From Bacteroidota bacterium (GTDB lineage Bacteria; Bacteroidota; Bacteroidia; NS11-12g; UBA955): 32,544 nt of DNA. Shown here one piece after another: positions 23,839 to 32,487 of this stretch. The notes under the pieces are model-generated. The model ran no database searches and had not been told where the DNA came from. It was given only the letters and a program-made list of their open reading frames with translations. The stretch is from positions 1 to 32,544 of the forward strand of contig JBEDNI010000001.1 of the NCBI GenBank assembly GCA_041170685.1, read 5' to 3'. The position numbers and the translations under genes were made by a program. The number at the start of each line of letters is the position of its first letter. Position 1 is the first letter of the stretch.

Positions 23839-25230
23839 ATGTCAACCGTCTTATTAATTAAATCAAAAGAGTCCATTTTGGGAGTTTCTATCCCCGAGCC
23901 GGTAAAACAGTATTTTTCCATCGCATTGAGCGGCGATAGCTGGAGCCATGTTTATCGAGGTCAAGAGGGGGTTTTTTACCTGGAAAAAGCCGGCAAAAAC
24001 GAAGGACATGTAGAGTCGGAAAGATTGAGAAAAGCCGGAAGCAGTGTAGCGAAATCGCTTAACACCGATAAAACCAATGCTGTTAAGGTTTATAATGTAG
24101 ATGCAGATGCGGCATGGGGATTGGCACTTGCCGAAGGTATGGCTCTTACAAATTATAAATTTGATAAATATCTTAAAGACCGTGAAAAAACGGCACTTTC
24201 ACTAAAAACCATTGAGTACAGCGGTGCAGGCTCAGAGAACTGGAATGCGGTTCAAACTATTGTAGAATCTGTCTTTATGGCCCGAGATCTGGTTAATGAA
24301 CCGGTTTTAGGCTTAAATGCTACAGGTCTGGCAGACAAGTTTGTTCAAATGGGGCAAAATGCCGGATTTAGTGTGGAGGTTTGGAACAAAGCCAAAATTG
24401 AGAGTCAGAAGATGGGTGGCCTGCTGTCTGTAAACAAAGGCAGCCAGGATCCGCCTACATTTAGCATAATGGAGTATAAACCTGCCAATGCCAAAAACAC
24501 CAAACCGATTGTGCTGGTGGGTAAAGGTGTGGTTTTTGATACCGGCGGACTTAGCCTTAAACCCACCCCGGCCAGCATGGATTATATGAAATGCGATATG
24601 GCGGGTTCTGCGGTTGTTGGCGGTGTTATGTATGCAGTTGGAAAATTAAAACTGCCGCTGTGGGTTATTGGATTGGTTCCCGCCACTGACAACCGTCCGG
24701 GTGAAAACGCCATTTGCCCGGGCGATATTATTACTACATTCGACAGTACCACCGTGGAAGTGCTCAATACCGACGCCGAAGGACGTTTGATTTTGTGCGA
24801 TGCCCTTGCCTTTGCCAAAAAATATGAACCTGAACTTGTCATGGATTTTGCCACACTCACAGGTGCTGCTGCCAGGGCACTGGGTGCATATGGAAGCGCC
24901 ATGATGGGAACTGCAGCTGAATCTGTTAAACAAGCTGTAAAAGCTGCCGGTGAAACCGTGTACGAGCGTCTGGCAGAATTTCCGCTATGGGAAGAGTATA
25001 GCGAAGAAATGAAAGGCGATATCAGCGATCTGAAAAACCTTGGAAAAGCAGAAGGCGGAGCCCAGACAGCCGGTGCCTTCCTGAAGTATTTTACCGATTA
25101 TCCATGGCTGCATTTTGATATTGCAGGTACTGCGTTCAACCATGCCCCTGATGCATACCGCGTAAAAGGGGGAACTGGTGTGGGTGTTCGTATGGTAGTT
25201 CAGTTTTTAATGGACAAAGCGAATGGATAA
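23839..25230 (+). CDS. pepA: Leucyl aminopeptidase (M17 family)
   Basis: VGKGVVFDTGGLSLKP, MKCDMAGSA, NTDAEGRL and DFATLTGA are M17 signatures. Confidence 0.9.
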   Translation: MSTVLLIKSKESILGVSIPEPVKQYFSIALSGDSWSHVYRGQEGVFYLEKAGKNEGHVESERLRKAGSSVAKSLNTDKTNAVKVYNVDADAAWGLALAEGMALTNYKFDKYLKDREKTALSLKTIEYSGAGSENWNAVQTIVESVFMARDLVNEPVLGLNATGLADKFVQMGQNAGFSVEVWNKAKIESQKMGGLLSVNKGSQDPPTFSIMEYKPANAKNTKPIVLVGKGVVFDTGGLSLKPTPASMDYMKCDMAGSAVVGGVMYAVGKLKLPLWVIGLVPATDNRPGENAICPGDIITTFDSTTVEVLNTDAEGRLILCDALAFAKKYEPELVMDFATLTGAAARALGAYGSAMMGTAAESVKQAVKAAGETVYERLAEFPLWEEYSEEMKGDISDLKNLGKAEGGAQTAGAFLKYFTDYPWLHFDIAGTAFNHAPDAYRVKGGTGVGVRMVVQFLMDKANG

Positions 25231-26293
25231 AGTTAAACCTGTAATTGGAATAACCCAGGGCGATCCCAACGGTGTTGGGCTGGAACTCATCATTCGCACC
25301 TTTGCTGACGAGAATATTTATAAATACTGCACGCCTGTGGTATATGCTTCACCCAAAAGCTTTGTGTTTTACAAAAAGTTACTGAATTTACAGGAACCCA
25401 TGTATCACCTGGTGCAAAGTGCCTCTGAAGCTAAAGAAGGCAGGCTAAATCTTGTGGTGAGCAGCGATACAAGCATGGAAATTACACCCGGACAAGCATC
25501 TGATGCCGCCGGCAAGGAAGCTTTGTTGGCTTTGGATAAAGTACTTTTAGATGTTGCTGCAGGGCATTTACAGGCGATAGTCACCGCGCCCCTTGATAAA
25601 AATACTGTGGCTGCCAATCTGCCCGGATTTAGCGGACATACAGGATACATAGCCGATAAATTAGGCGTAGATCACTATGCCATGTTGCTGGTGAGTGAAA
25701 AGCTGCGCGTGGGGCTAGTTACCGAACATTTACCGGTGAGTCAAATAGCGCAAGCCATAACCATTGATAAAATATTTGCAAAGCTCAACATATTGCACAC
25801 CTCCCTGCGTGAAGACTTTGCATGTACCAAGCCTCGTATTGCAGTGCTTGGGTTGAATCCCCATGCCGGTGATGGAGGATTATTGGGTAAGGAAGAAATT
25901 GAAATTATCAAACCCGCCATCGCTAAAGTGTTTGCTGAGGGTAAACTGGTTTATGGGCCTTATTCAGCCGATAGTTTCTTTGGCAGCGGTGCCTACAAGA
26001 CCTTCGATGGAATATTGGCCATGTACCACGACCAAGGGCTGATTCCATTCAAAACATTCGCCTTTTACGACGGCGTAAACTATACGGCAGGTCTTAATGT
26101 GGTGCGCACCAGCCCTGACCATGGCACTGCTTACGACCTGGCCGGAAAGGGCACCTGTGAAACATTGTCTTTCAGGAACGCTATTTATGAAGCCATTGGA
26201 ATTGTCCGCAACAGACTGCAGCACCATCAGGATTATGAAAATCCGCTGCCCTACGCAGAACTGAGAAGAGAAAAGTTTCGTATTGATTTTTAA
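25223..26293 (+). CDS. pdxA: 4-hydroxythreonine-4-phosphate dehydrogenase
   Basis: GITQGDPNGVG, GHTGY, LNPHAGDGG and TSPDHGTA are PdxA motifs. It overlaps pepA by 8 nt. Confidence 0.93.
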   Translation: MDKVKPVIGITQGDPNGVGLELIIRTFADENIYKYCTPVVYASPKSFVFYKKLLNLQEPMYHLVQSASEAKEGRLNLVVSSDTSMEITPGQASDAAGKEALLALDKVLLDVAAGHLQAIVTAPLDKNTVAANLPGFSGHTGYIADKLGVDHYAMLLVSEKLRVGLVTEHLPVSQIAQAITIDKIFAKLNILHTSLREDFACTKPRIAVLGLNPHAGDGGLLGKEEIEIIKPAIAKVFAEGKLVYGPYSADSFFGSGAYKTFDGILAMYHDQGLIPFKTFAFYDGVNYTAGLNVVRTSPDHGTAYDLAGKGTCETLSFRNAIYEAIGIVRNRLQHHQDYENPLPYAELRREKFRIDF

Positions 26294-29200
26294 CGCATAA
26301 GCGTCAATACCCCTGATTTGTAATAAGGTTTAAAATTACTTCTGAAACTGGCGATCCAGGTATAGACACCGTCTGCTGCCATTACATTTCCAAGAGTTCC
26401 ATCCCACGCTGTCTGTCCTTCACGGTTCTCCCATATTTTTTCACCCCAGCGGTTGTAAATGGCTATTTTCAATTCCTGAACATCTTTAATAGTGGGGCCC
26501 CAAACATCATTTTTGCCGTCCCCATTGGGAGAGAAGGCCGTAGGGACATGCCATATTAACTGGCAATTACTGCCAATCATCATTTCATCACTGCCTGTGC
26601 AACCATTAAAGTCGGTTACTCTCACGCTGTATTTGCCATATTGAGTGGCAGTAATAGTATTGGCTGTTGAATTATTGCTCCAGGTAACCAACTGATAACC
26701 ATTTCCAACGGTTAAAGGATAGGAGAAAAGTCCGCAGAAAGCAGTATCTAAGCCCAGGTCGGGTTTGGGTGAAGCAAATACGCGAATATTAACAGTATCA
26801 CTATATGCTCCGCAGGCATTTGAGGCCGTAACAATATACAGGCCGGCAGAATTGCCTTTTATGCTTAGGCCGGTTTCACCTGTATTCCATGTGTATTGTC
26901 CCGGCCCTCCCAAGGCATTCGCTGTTAGGGTAGGAATGGGGCTTACAAAATCACAAAATGAACGATCTGAGGGTGCTTTAACTTTGGGAGAGTTAAGGAA
27001 AGCAATGCTGACGGAGTCTGTCACAGTGCCACAGTTATTGGTGCCTGTTGCCCAGTATCTACCCTGTGCATTCACAATTCTGTTGTTTGCTAAAGAACTG
27101 TTTTCCCACTGGATTTGACTCAGGAATTTAATAGATACGGGCACAATTTGCCAGGAAGCGGCATCGCAAATCAGTGTATCAGAGCCAAGATTTATGATGG
27201 GGCTGAAGCCTCTTTCTACCCGGAAGTTTGCGCTGCTGGTTCCACAAATACTCTCGGCAGTGGCTGTAATCAAACCTGTGTCTTTTATTTTCAGCTGTCT
27301 GCCCGTATCTCCTGTGCTCCAGCGTATGTTAGCAAAGCTGTTGTCATTTACCGTTTGCACCAGTTGATAATTGTCGCACCACAAAATATTACCCAGTGAA
27401 AATGGCTTGGGGATTTTGCCCATTTGCAGTTTGATTGTATCTGTATAGGACTTGCAACTGTTGCTGATGTTAACGGTATAAATGCCTGCTTTTGACAGTT
27501 TACGCGATGAGTCTGTACTTCCGTCATTCCACTTCACACTTGTCCATCTGGAGAATCCTTTGCGGGTTATTTGGAAACTGTCTTTATCGCAAATCAGGGT
27601 ATCTGTTTTGTAAGATATAGTAGGGATGCTGTCTGCATCTATACTTACACTGTCTTGTAATGAACCACACTGATTGCTGATTGCAATATTGTAAAGCCCG
27701 GCTTTGGTAACATTTATTTCACGAACTGAGTCCATCGTATTCCATACGTATGATGCAGAAATAGAATCGCTGCCCGAACGTAATTTAAGGGTGAAGGGTT
27801 TACAGAGTAGGGTGTCTTTTTGCCAAATGCCCCTTATGGGTTTATACTGTTTGGTGATCTGAATGCTGTCATAACGCCATTGGCAAACAGGTGTCCACAT
27901 AGCAACCAAGTATTTCCCAGTTGCATTGGCAAAAATCTGTTGTGTGGTATCGCCTGTATTCCAGAGATACTTGATTCCTTTGATGGTATCGTTTTTTGCA
28001 TCCAGCCGAATACCATATTTGTTGCAGATGAGGGTATCTTTTTTTAAGTAGGCTTTGGCGCTTGGAACCGTTTTAAAAATGATGGTATCAGTTTTATTTC
28101 CGCACCCATAGGTGGCTGTAACCCAGTATTTGCCCGGTTTTTGAACAATAAAGTACTTTAAGGTGCTGCCATCCTGCCATAAAAAAGTTCCGCCGGGATT
28201 GCCGGGATCAAGTATGCGATAGTTTCTATCACAGTTTAACACGTCCGGTCCAAAATCGATGGGATCAACCTTCAGTGTGTCTCTCCATTTAACTAACCTA
28301 CCACAATAGGATGTATTGTTAGGAACAACGGATTTCCATGCATTCTTAGTCGGATAATCATTGCCTGAACCCCAGCCCCCCATTAATATATGGCTAACAC
28401 ACCCAATTCTGCGTGTCTGAATGGCGAAAAAATAATCTGTACCGGTGCTGCCAAAGTAGGATAAATACCCAAAACTCCCATTGATGGATAATTTGCCTAC
28501 ATAGCCGTCATAACTGCCTTTCAGGGTTTTTTGATAAGCGTCGGAAGTGGTGGGCAGAGCATTGCTTGTGGTGCTTCCGGCAAATACACATTCATCTTTT
28601 GTGTTTATACTAATTCGCTGTCTCCAGGCATAGGTATTATTGGTTATGTAGGTTGTCCAGCGTGGGAAGGCACCGTTCTTGTAGATTCTCATGATAAAAG
28701 AAGAACCATTCCAACCTGTGCTGGATCCGCCAGGAAAGGCGTTGGTTGCGGCCGGAAGGTCGTTGGCCCCGGCTATGCCCTGAATGAAAATTTCTTCCTG
28801 GTCGTTTACTGCAATCGCTGAGATGTAGTCATATCCTGATGTTCCGATGTATTTAGAGATTAGAAATTTTGTAAACCCGGAATCCACTTTGAATAAAAAA
28901 CCGTCCCATCCGCCGCCTTTGTAAAATCCGCCAAAATTTTTGGTGCCGAAGGTTACAGGAAGGTTATCGCTGTTGGTCCATCCTGCAGCATACACCTGGT
29001 TGTTTGCATCAACACTGAGCGCATAGACATATTCAGAGCCAACCCCAATAAGGGCTACACAATTCAATATGGCCGATCCATCGTTTTTTAAGCGAATGAT
29101 ATTGGCTTCAGTCCCACCGCCCACCTGACCGGGTGGGTTGATGTCCTTTGTAACCGGATAGGTAGAGTTTCCATAGGGAGCAATGTAAACCTGCCCTGAT

Positions 29201-30414
29201 TCATTCACTTCAATGGTCCAGCAGTAGCCTTTTATGTATGTAGAGTAAATCAGGGCAGTACCATCAGATTTAATTCCTGTTATATAACTGGTGTAGGTTG
29301 AAGCGCTCGGAATTTTACTTTCTAGAACGCCACTGGTTACCGGGTAATCTGAAGATAAGGTATATCCTGTTAAAAAGGCATCACCATTTTCTTTGGTTGC
29401 TAGTGCATAACCATACTCTGTTGCGTTACCTCCCACGTAAATAAAATAATCCGGTTTCCCTCCACCTGAAGGAATTTTGCAAAGGAATGCATCCGATCCG
29501 CCATTCAATGACGTATCATAGGTGCCCGGCTTTGCAGGAAACTTATCATACGTAACGCCGGTGATGTAACTGTTGTTGTTTTCATCTACATCCACATCAT
29601 ATATGTAGGTCCAGGCGGTTACATAACTGTTTCCGTAGAAATAAGTGCTGTAATCAATGTAGAAGGGATCAATGAGGACGGGTAAATTTTTATCCCTGTT
29701 TTCAGGAATTTTGATTTTGAAGGTGTTTGTTCCTGTTTGTTCGTATGCAACATTTAAGGCAGATTGCTTGCCATCGAGGTAATAGCTACCCGGGATTTTA
29801 TCTACTATCTGCCCAAAAGCACTTTCCATGATGATATTTCCGTCCTTATCGGCATGGGTATTGGAAAATCCATCCAAACTGAATGCGATTTGGGGTTCAT
29901 AGCCTGCTTCTACCCGATAATCTACCTTCAATACCCCGTTCTGTTCCGTAAAAACTGCATTCACTCCGGGATATAGATTGATTATACTTAGCTGACTGCC
30001 TAAAGTTGGATACAGAATTTTGGATTGGGTGTTTTGATTAACAAAACCAACATTTTTGGTTTCAGTCGCTTTTAAATTATAATTGTAATTTCCGGTATTT
30101 AAATAGTGTACGTTCCATACCTGTGCAGATAACTCCGGATCCAGATGGCGTTGCTGCCCAGTAACAACATCAGTAAATAATTTTCCGCTGCTTTTTTCTT
30201 TGAAAGCACAATACGTAATCCGATTGTTAAAAAATCTTACATGAAACCGGCCCGCTTGATATCGATATAAACTGCCATCATCCCATTGTCCCTCATTTTT
30301 TACAAAGCATGCCGGCAGTTGTATCTGTTCCTGAGAGTTAGTAGCCAGCACTTCTAACCCAAAGTATGCGTTTAAAATCGCACTAAGGAATAAAAAAAAT
30401 ATCGTTTTCCTCAC
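26290..30414 (-). CDS. Giant surface protein: SBBP/beta-propeller-repeat region, eight ~72-aa Ig-like modules and a T9SS type B sorting domain
   Basis: GTG start with signal MRKTIFFLFLSAILNAYFG. The N-terminal FVKNEGQWDD motif is typical of SBBP-repeat proteins. Residues ~255-700 carry recurring Y.TY.GG....G..ia.d..GN.Y.tG.T.S..FP.T-like units. The tandem modules span residues 716-1285. The C-terminus (nt 26293-26547), FSPNGDGKNDVWGP...IYNRWGEKIWE...WDGT...GVYTW, is a type B CTD. Confidence 0.9.
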   Translation of the reverse strand: MRKTIFFLFLSAILNAYFGLEVLATNSQEQIQLPACFVKNEGQWDDGSLYRYQAGRFHVRFFNNRITYCAFKEKSSGKLFTDVVTGQQRHLDPELSAQVWNVHYLNTGNYNYNLKATETKNVGFVNQNTQSKILYPTLGSQLSIINLYPGVNAVFTEQNGVLKVDYRVEAGYEPQIAFSLDGFSNTHADKDGNIIMESAFGQIVDKIPGSYYLDGKQSALNVAYEQTGTNTFKIKIPENRDKNLPVLIDPFYIDYSTYFYGNSYVTAWTYIYDVDVDENNNSYITGVTYDKFPAKPGTYDTSLNGGSDAFLCKIPSGGGKPDYFIYVGGNATEYGYALATKENGDAFLTGYTLSSDYPVTSGVLESKIPSASTYTSYITGIKSDGTALIYSTYIKGYCWTIEVNESGQVYIAPYGNSTYPVTKDINPPGQVGGGTEANIIRLKNDGSAILNCVALIGVGSEYVYALSVDANNQVYAAGWTNSDNLPVTFGTKNFGGFYKGGGWDGFLFKVDSGFTKFLISKYIGTSGYDYISAIAVNDQEEIFIQGIAGANDLPAATNAFPGGSSTGWNGSSFIMRIYKNGAFPRWTTYITNNTYAWRQRISINTKDECVFAGSTTSNALPTTSDAYQKTLKGSYDGYVGKLSINGSFGYLSYFGSTGTDYFFAIQTRRIGCVSHILMGGWGSGNDYPTKNAWKSVVPNNTSYCGRLVKWRDTLKVDPIDFGPDVLNCDRNYRILDPGNPGGTFLWQDGSTLKYFIVQKPGKYWVTATYGCGNKTDTIIFKTVPSAKAYLKKDTLICNKYGIRLDAKNDTIKGIKYLWNTGDTTQQIFANATGKYLVAMWTPVCQWRYDSIQITKQYKPIRGIWQKDTLLCKPFTLKLRSGSDSISASYVWNTMDSVREINVTKAGLYNIAISNQCGSLQDSVSIDADSIPTISYKTDTLICDKDSFQITRKGFSRWTSVKWNDGSTDSSRKLSKAGIYTVNISNSCKSYTDTIKLQMGKIPKPFSLGNILWCDNYQLVQTVNDNSFANIRWSTGDTGRQLKIKDTGLITATAESICGTSSANFRVERGFSPIINLGSDTLICDAASWQIVPVSIKFLSQIQWENSSLANNRIVNAQGRYWATGTNNCGTVTDSVSIAFLNSPKVKAPSDRSFCDFVSPIPTLTANALGGPGQYTWNTGETGLSIKGNSAGLYIVTASNACGAYSDTVNIRVFASPKPDLGLDTAFCGLFSYPLTVGNGYQLVTWSNNSTANTITATQYGKYSVRVTDFNGCTGSDEMMIGSNCQLIWHVPTAFSPNGDGKNDVWGPTIKDVQELKIAIYNRWGEKIWENREGQTAWDGTLGNVMAADGVYTWIASFRSNFKPYYKSGVLTLMR
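26560..28269 (-). repeat. Protein-level tandem array of eight diverged ~70-73-aa modules inside the giant adhesin gene
   Basis: The module consensus is D(T)L.C......L.........Y.W..G.T...i.v...G.Y.V.....CG...D.i.I. Approximate module boundaries are aa 716, 786, 858, 931, 1001, 1071, 1143 and 1216. Similarity is at the amino-acid level only; I saw no near-identical DNA repeats. Confidence 0.7.
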
Positions 30415-30426
30415 GTCAGTCTTTCA

Positions 30427-30462
30427 ATACAACAGACAAAGTTAAGGGTTGTTCTGTTGTAT
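30427..30462. promoter_or_regulatory. Perfect 10-bp inverted repeat (ATACAACAGA-N16-TCTGTTGTAT) enclosing the predicted -7 box; either an operator or the cinA terminator hairpin
   Basis: The arms at 30427-30436 and 30453-30462 are exact reverse complements. The right arm abuts the cinA stop codon (30462-30464). Confidence 0.35.
30437..30444 (-). promoter_or_regulatory. Putative Bacteroidota sigma-A -7 box (TAACTTTG) for the giant adhesin gene, with a TTTG -33 element 18 nt upstream (30463-30466)
   Basis: This is an exact match to TAnnTTTG on the minus strand, ~20 nt upstream of the GTG start at 30414. The -33-like TTTG sits at canonical spacing. Confidence 0.4.
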
Positions 30463-31712
30463 CAAATCTTTAGATCATTTAGGATAACACTTTTTAACTG
30501 TTGCATGACACAATTAGCAGCCCTGATCATGAATTGTTCTCGGGTTCCAAATAGGTGGAATTTCTTTACAAAACTTCCTTTTTTTGTGGCAATACCGATA
30601 TAAATTAGACCCACTGGTTTTTGGTTTGTAGCGCCGCCCGGACCGGCAATGCCGGTAGTGCTAACTGCGATATCGGCATTGAATTTTTTCAAGGCCGCTT
30701 CACACATTAACCTTGCACAGGTTTCACTTACTGCGCCTTCTGTTTCAAACACGGAAGCAGATACACCCAGTTCCTGTTGTTTGATTTCATTGGAATAACT
30801 GACAATGCTGCCTCTGAAAACAGCAGAAATACCGGGTTCCAGCACCAGCTGATTGGCAATGAAACCTCCTGTACAACTTTCTGCAAAGGTGATTTTTATT
30901 TTATTTTGGATAAGCAGACGGGCAATATGTTTAACCGGGCTGATGTCTTCATCCACAAATACTGAATCACCGCACACCTCGCACATTCGGTTGAAATAAC
31001 CCTCAATTTCCGATTTTAATGAATCTGCGTCGTCAGCATGTCCGGAAAGTCGAAGTTTTACCGTATTGAAGGCCGGTAAATAAGCGAGACTGATGTGGGG
31101 TGGCAATGTTAACTCAAATTCTTCAAGACGTTTGCTAAGTAAACTTTCGGGCACACCTACCGTTACAGCGGTATAATGCAGGATTTCAGATGTTTTAAAC
31201 CGGTTTTTGATGCGAGGAAAAACCCTGTTTTCCATAATATGCATCATTTCATTCGGCACCCCCGGCATGCTCACCAGCACTTTGCCTTTTTGATCGAACC
31301 ACATACCAGGTGCTGTGCCCACTTCGTTGTGCAGAACCTCACATACTTCAAGCACATCGGCCTGCTGCCGGTTTATTTCGAGAAGTTGCCTTCCCCTGCG
31401 GGCAAAAATACTTTCAAGATGCGCTGAAACGCCTTCATCGCGCCTGAAACCACATCCATATAGTTTTGCCAGCGTTTTTTTGGTGATGTCGTCTTTGGTT
31501 GGACCCAGACCACCGGTTACCAGCAGAAAATCCACCCTTTGAAAGGCTTCATTTATAGCAGATATTATTTCGTTCTCACTGTCGCTGATGGCTGTTTTTC
31601 TTGAAATCTGAATGCCATGCAATGCAATGTTTTTGCCTATCCAGGCACTGTTGGTATCAACTGTCTGACCAATCAGTAATTCGTCGCCAATGGTTATTAT
31701 CTCCGCATTCAT
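30462..31712 (-). CDS. cinA: CinA-family competence/damage-inducible protein (MoCF-binding domain plus nicotinamide-nucleotide amidohydrolase PncC domain)
   Basis: The N-terminus MNAEIITIGDELLIGQTVDTNSAWI and LLVTGGLGPTKDDITK mark the MoCF-binding domain. The C-terminal half, AESCTGG...VSTTGIAGPGG, is the CinA/PncC domain. Confidence 0.9.
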   Translation of the reverse strand: MNAEIITIGDELLIGQTVDTNSAWIGKNIALHGIQISRKTAISDSENEIISAINEAFQRVDFLLVTGGLGPTKDDITKKTLAKLYGCGFRRDEGVSAHLESIFARRGRQLLEINRQQADVLEVCEVLHNEVGTAPGMWFDQKGKVLVSMPGVPNEMMHIMENRVFPRIKNRFKTSEILHYTAVTVGVPESLLSKRLEEFELTLPPHISLAYLPAFNTVKLRLSGHADDADSLKSEIEGYFNRMCEVCGDSVFVDEDISPVKHIARLLIQNKIKITFAESCTGGFIANQLVLEPGISAVFRGSIVSYSNEIKQQELGVSASVFETEGAVSETCARLMCEAALKKFNADIAVSTTGIAGPGGATNQKPVGLIYIGIATKKGSFVKKFHLFGTREQFMIRAANCVMQQLKSVILNDLKI

Positions 31713-31828
31713 TGATGGTATTATAAACCGATGATTTCAAGTTGTGATTGAATATCGGGAACGCAAAATTAAATTAGATGCTGCGTATTTCTTTTTTTAT
31801 CCGGATTAAACTGATAATAAAGAGAAAA

Positions 31829-31848
31829 CCCGGCCGTTTCCGGTCGGG
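31829..31848. terminator. GC-rich stem-loop (CCCGGCCG-TTTC-CGGTCGGG) in the cinA/rnhA divergent intergenic region
   Basis: The 8-bp stem has one G.U pair on the plus strand (C.A mismatch on the minus strand). It is flanked by AAAA upstream and CTTTCT downstream, which reads TTTTCTCTTTATT on the minus strand. No CDS ends next to it. Confidence 0.3.
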
Positions 31849-31887
31849 CTTTCTATAATGAAAAGGAAAAAGGGTGCTATTTCGGTG

Positions 31888-31905
31888 GATTTGATTTATC
31901 AAATC
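31888..31905. promoter_or_regulatory. 18-bp palindrome GATTTGAT-TT-ATCAAATC in the cinA/rnhA intergenic region; possible transcription-factor site
   Basis: The 8-bp arms are exact reverse complements separated by 2 nt, ~100 nt upstream of the preferred rnhA start. Confidence 0.25.
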
Positions 31906-32007
31906 ACTACTACAACATTAAATGACACTCACAATAGGTTATCAACCTTTTTGGCAGATTTGTACACATTTTTTGTGAATAAGTGCGGCTTAATTCAACT
32001 TTGTCGT

Positions 32008-32487
32008 GTGCAACCAATTATCGTGTATACAGACGGTGCTGCTTTAGGAAATCCCGGTCCGGGTGGCTATGCTGCCGTGCTGATGTATGGCGATAAAAGA
32101 AAGGAGATTTTTGGTGCCTATGAGCTCACCACCAACAATCGCATGGAATTGCTGGCGGTGATTCGTGCGCTCGACAACATAAAGAGCCGTGGCATTCCGG
32201 TACACATATACTCAGACAGTCAGTATGTGTGCAATGCTATACTGAAAGGCTGGCTATTTGGCTGGAAGAAAAAAGGTTGGGTAAAAGTAAAAAATCCTGA
32301 TTTGTGGCAGCGTTTTTATCCGTTATATGATTTGTTCAAACCTCAGTTTCATTGGGTAAAAGGACATTCAGGGGTGCCCGAAAACGAACGTTGCGATGTG
32401 CTGGCAACGCAGGCTGCCGCCAATGGGCCTTTTGAAAAGGATACTTGGTATGAAATCCATGTAGCCGCGCCGGATAAACTGCTTTAA
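32008..32487 (+). CDS. rnhA: Ribonuclease HI
   Basis: IIVYTDGAALGNPGPGGYAAVL, TNNRMEL, IYSDSQYV, W.KVKGHSG..ENERCD are RNase H1 motifs. I prefer the in-frame GTG at 32008 (159 aa, normal size) over the ATG at 31858. That ATG would add 50 non-conserved residues and lies immediately after a hairpin. Confidence 0.8.
   Translation: MQPIIVYTDGAALGNPGPGGYAAVLMYGDKRKEIFGAYELTTNNRMELLAVIRALDNIKSRGIPVHIYSDSQYVCNAILKGWLFGWKKKGWVKVKNPDLWQRFYPLYDLFKPQFHWVKGHSGVPENERCDVLATQAAANGPFEKDTWYEIHVAAPDKLL

Noticed and set aside
23715-23921. A 68-aa minus-strand ORF spanning the ddl/pepA intergenic region and the pepA 5' end
   Set aside because: It overlaps the well-supported pepA start and the ddl promoter region, and it has no motifs. 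It is likely spurious.
31858-32007. A 50-codon N-terminal extension of RNase HI starting at ATG 31858
   Set aside because: It would give a 209-aa RNase HI with a non-conserved, Thr/Leu-rich leader. The conserved fold begins right after the in-frame GTG at 32008, and the ATG sits directly after a hairpin. This remains unresolved, so it is also covered in the findings.
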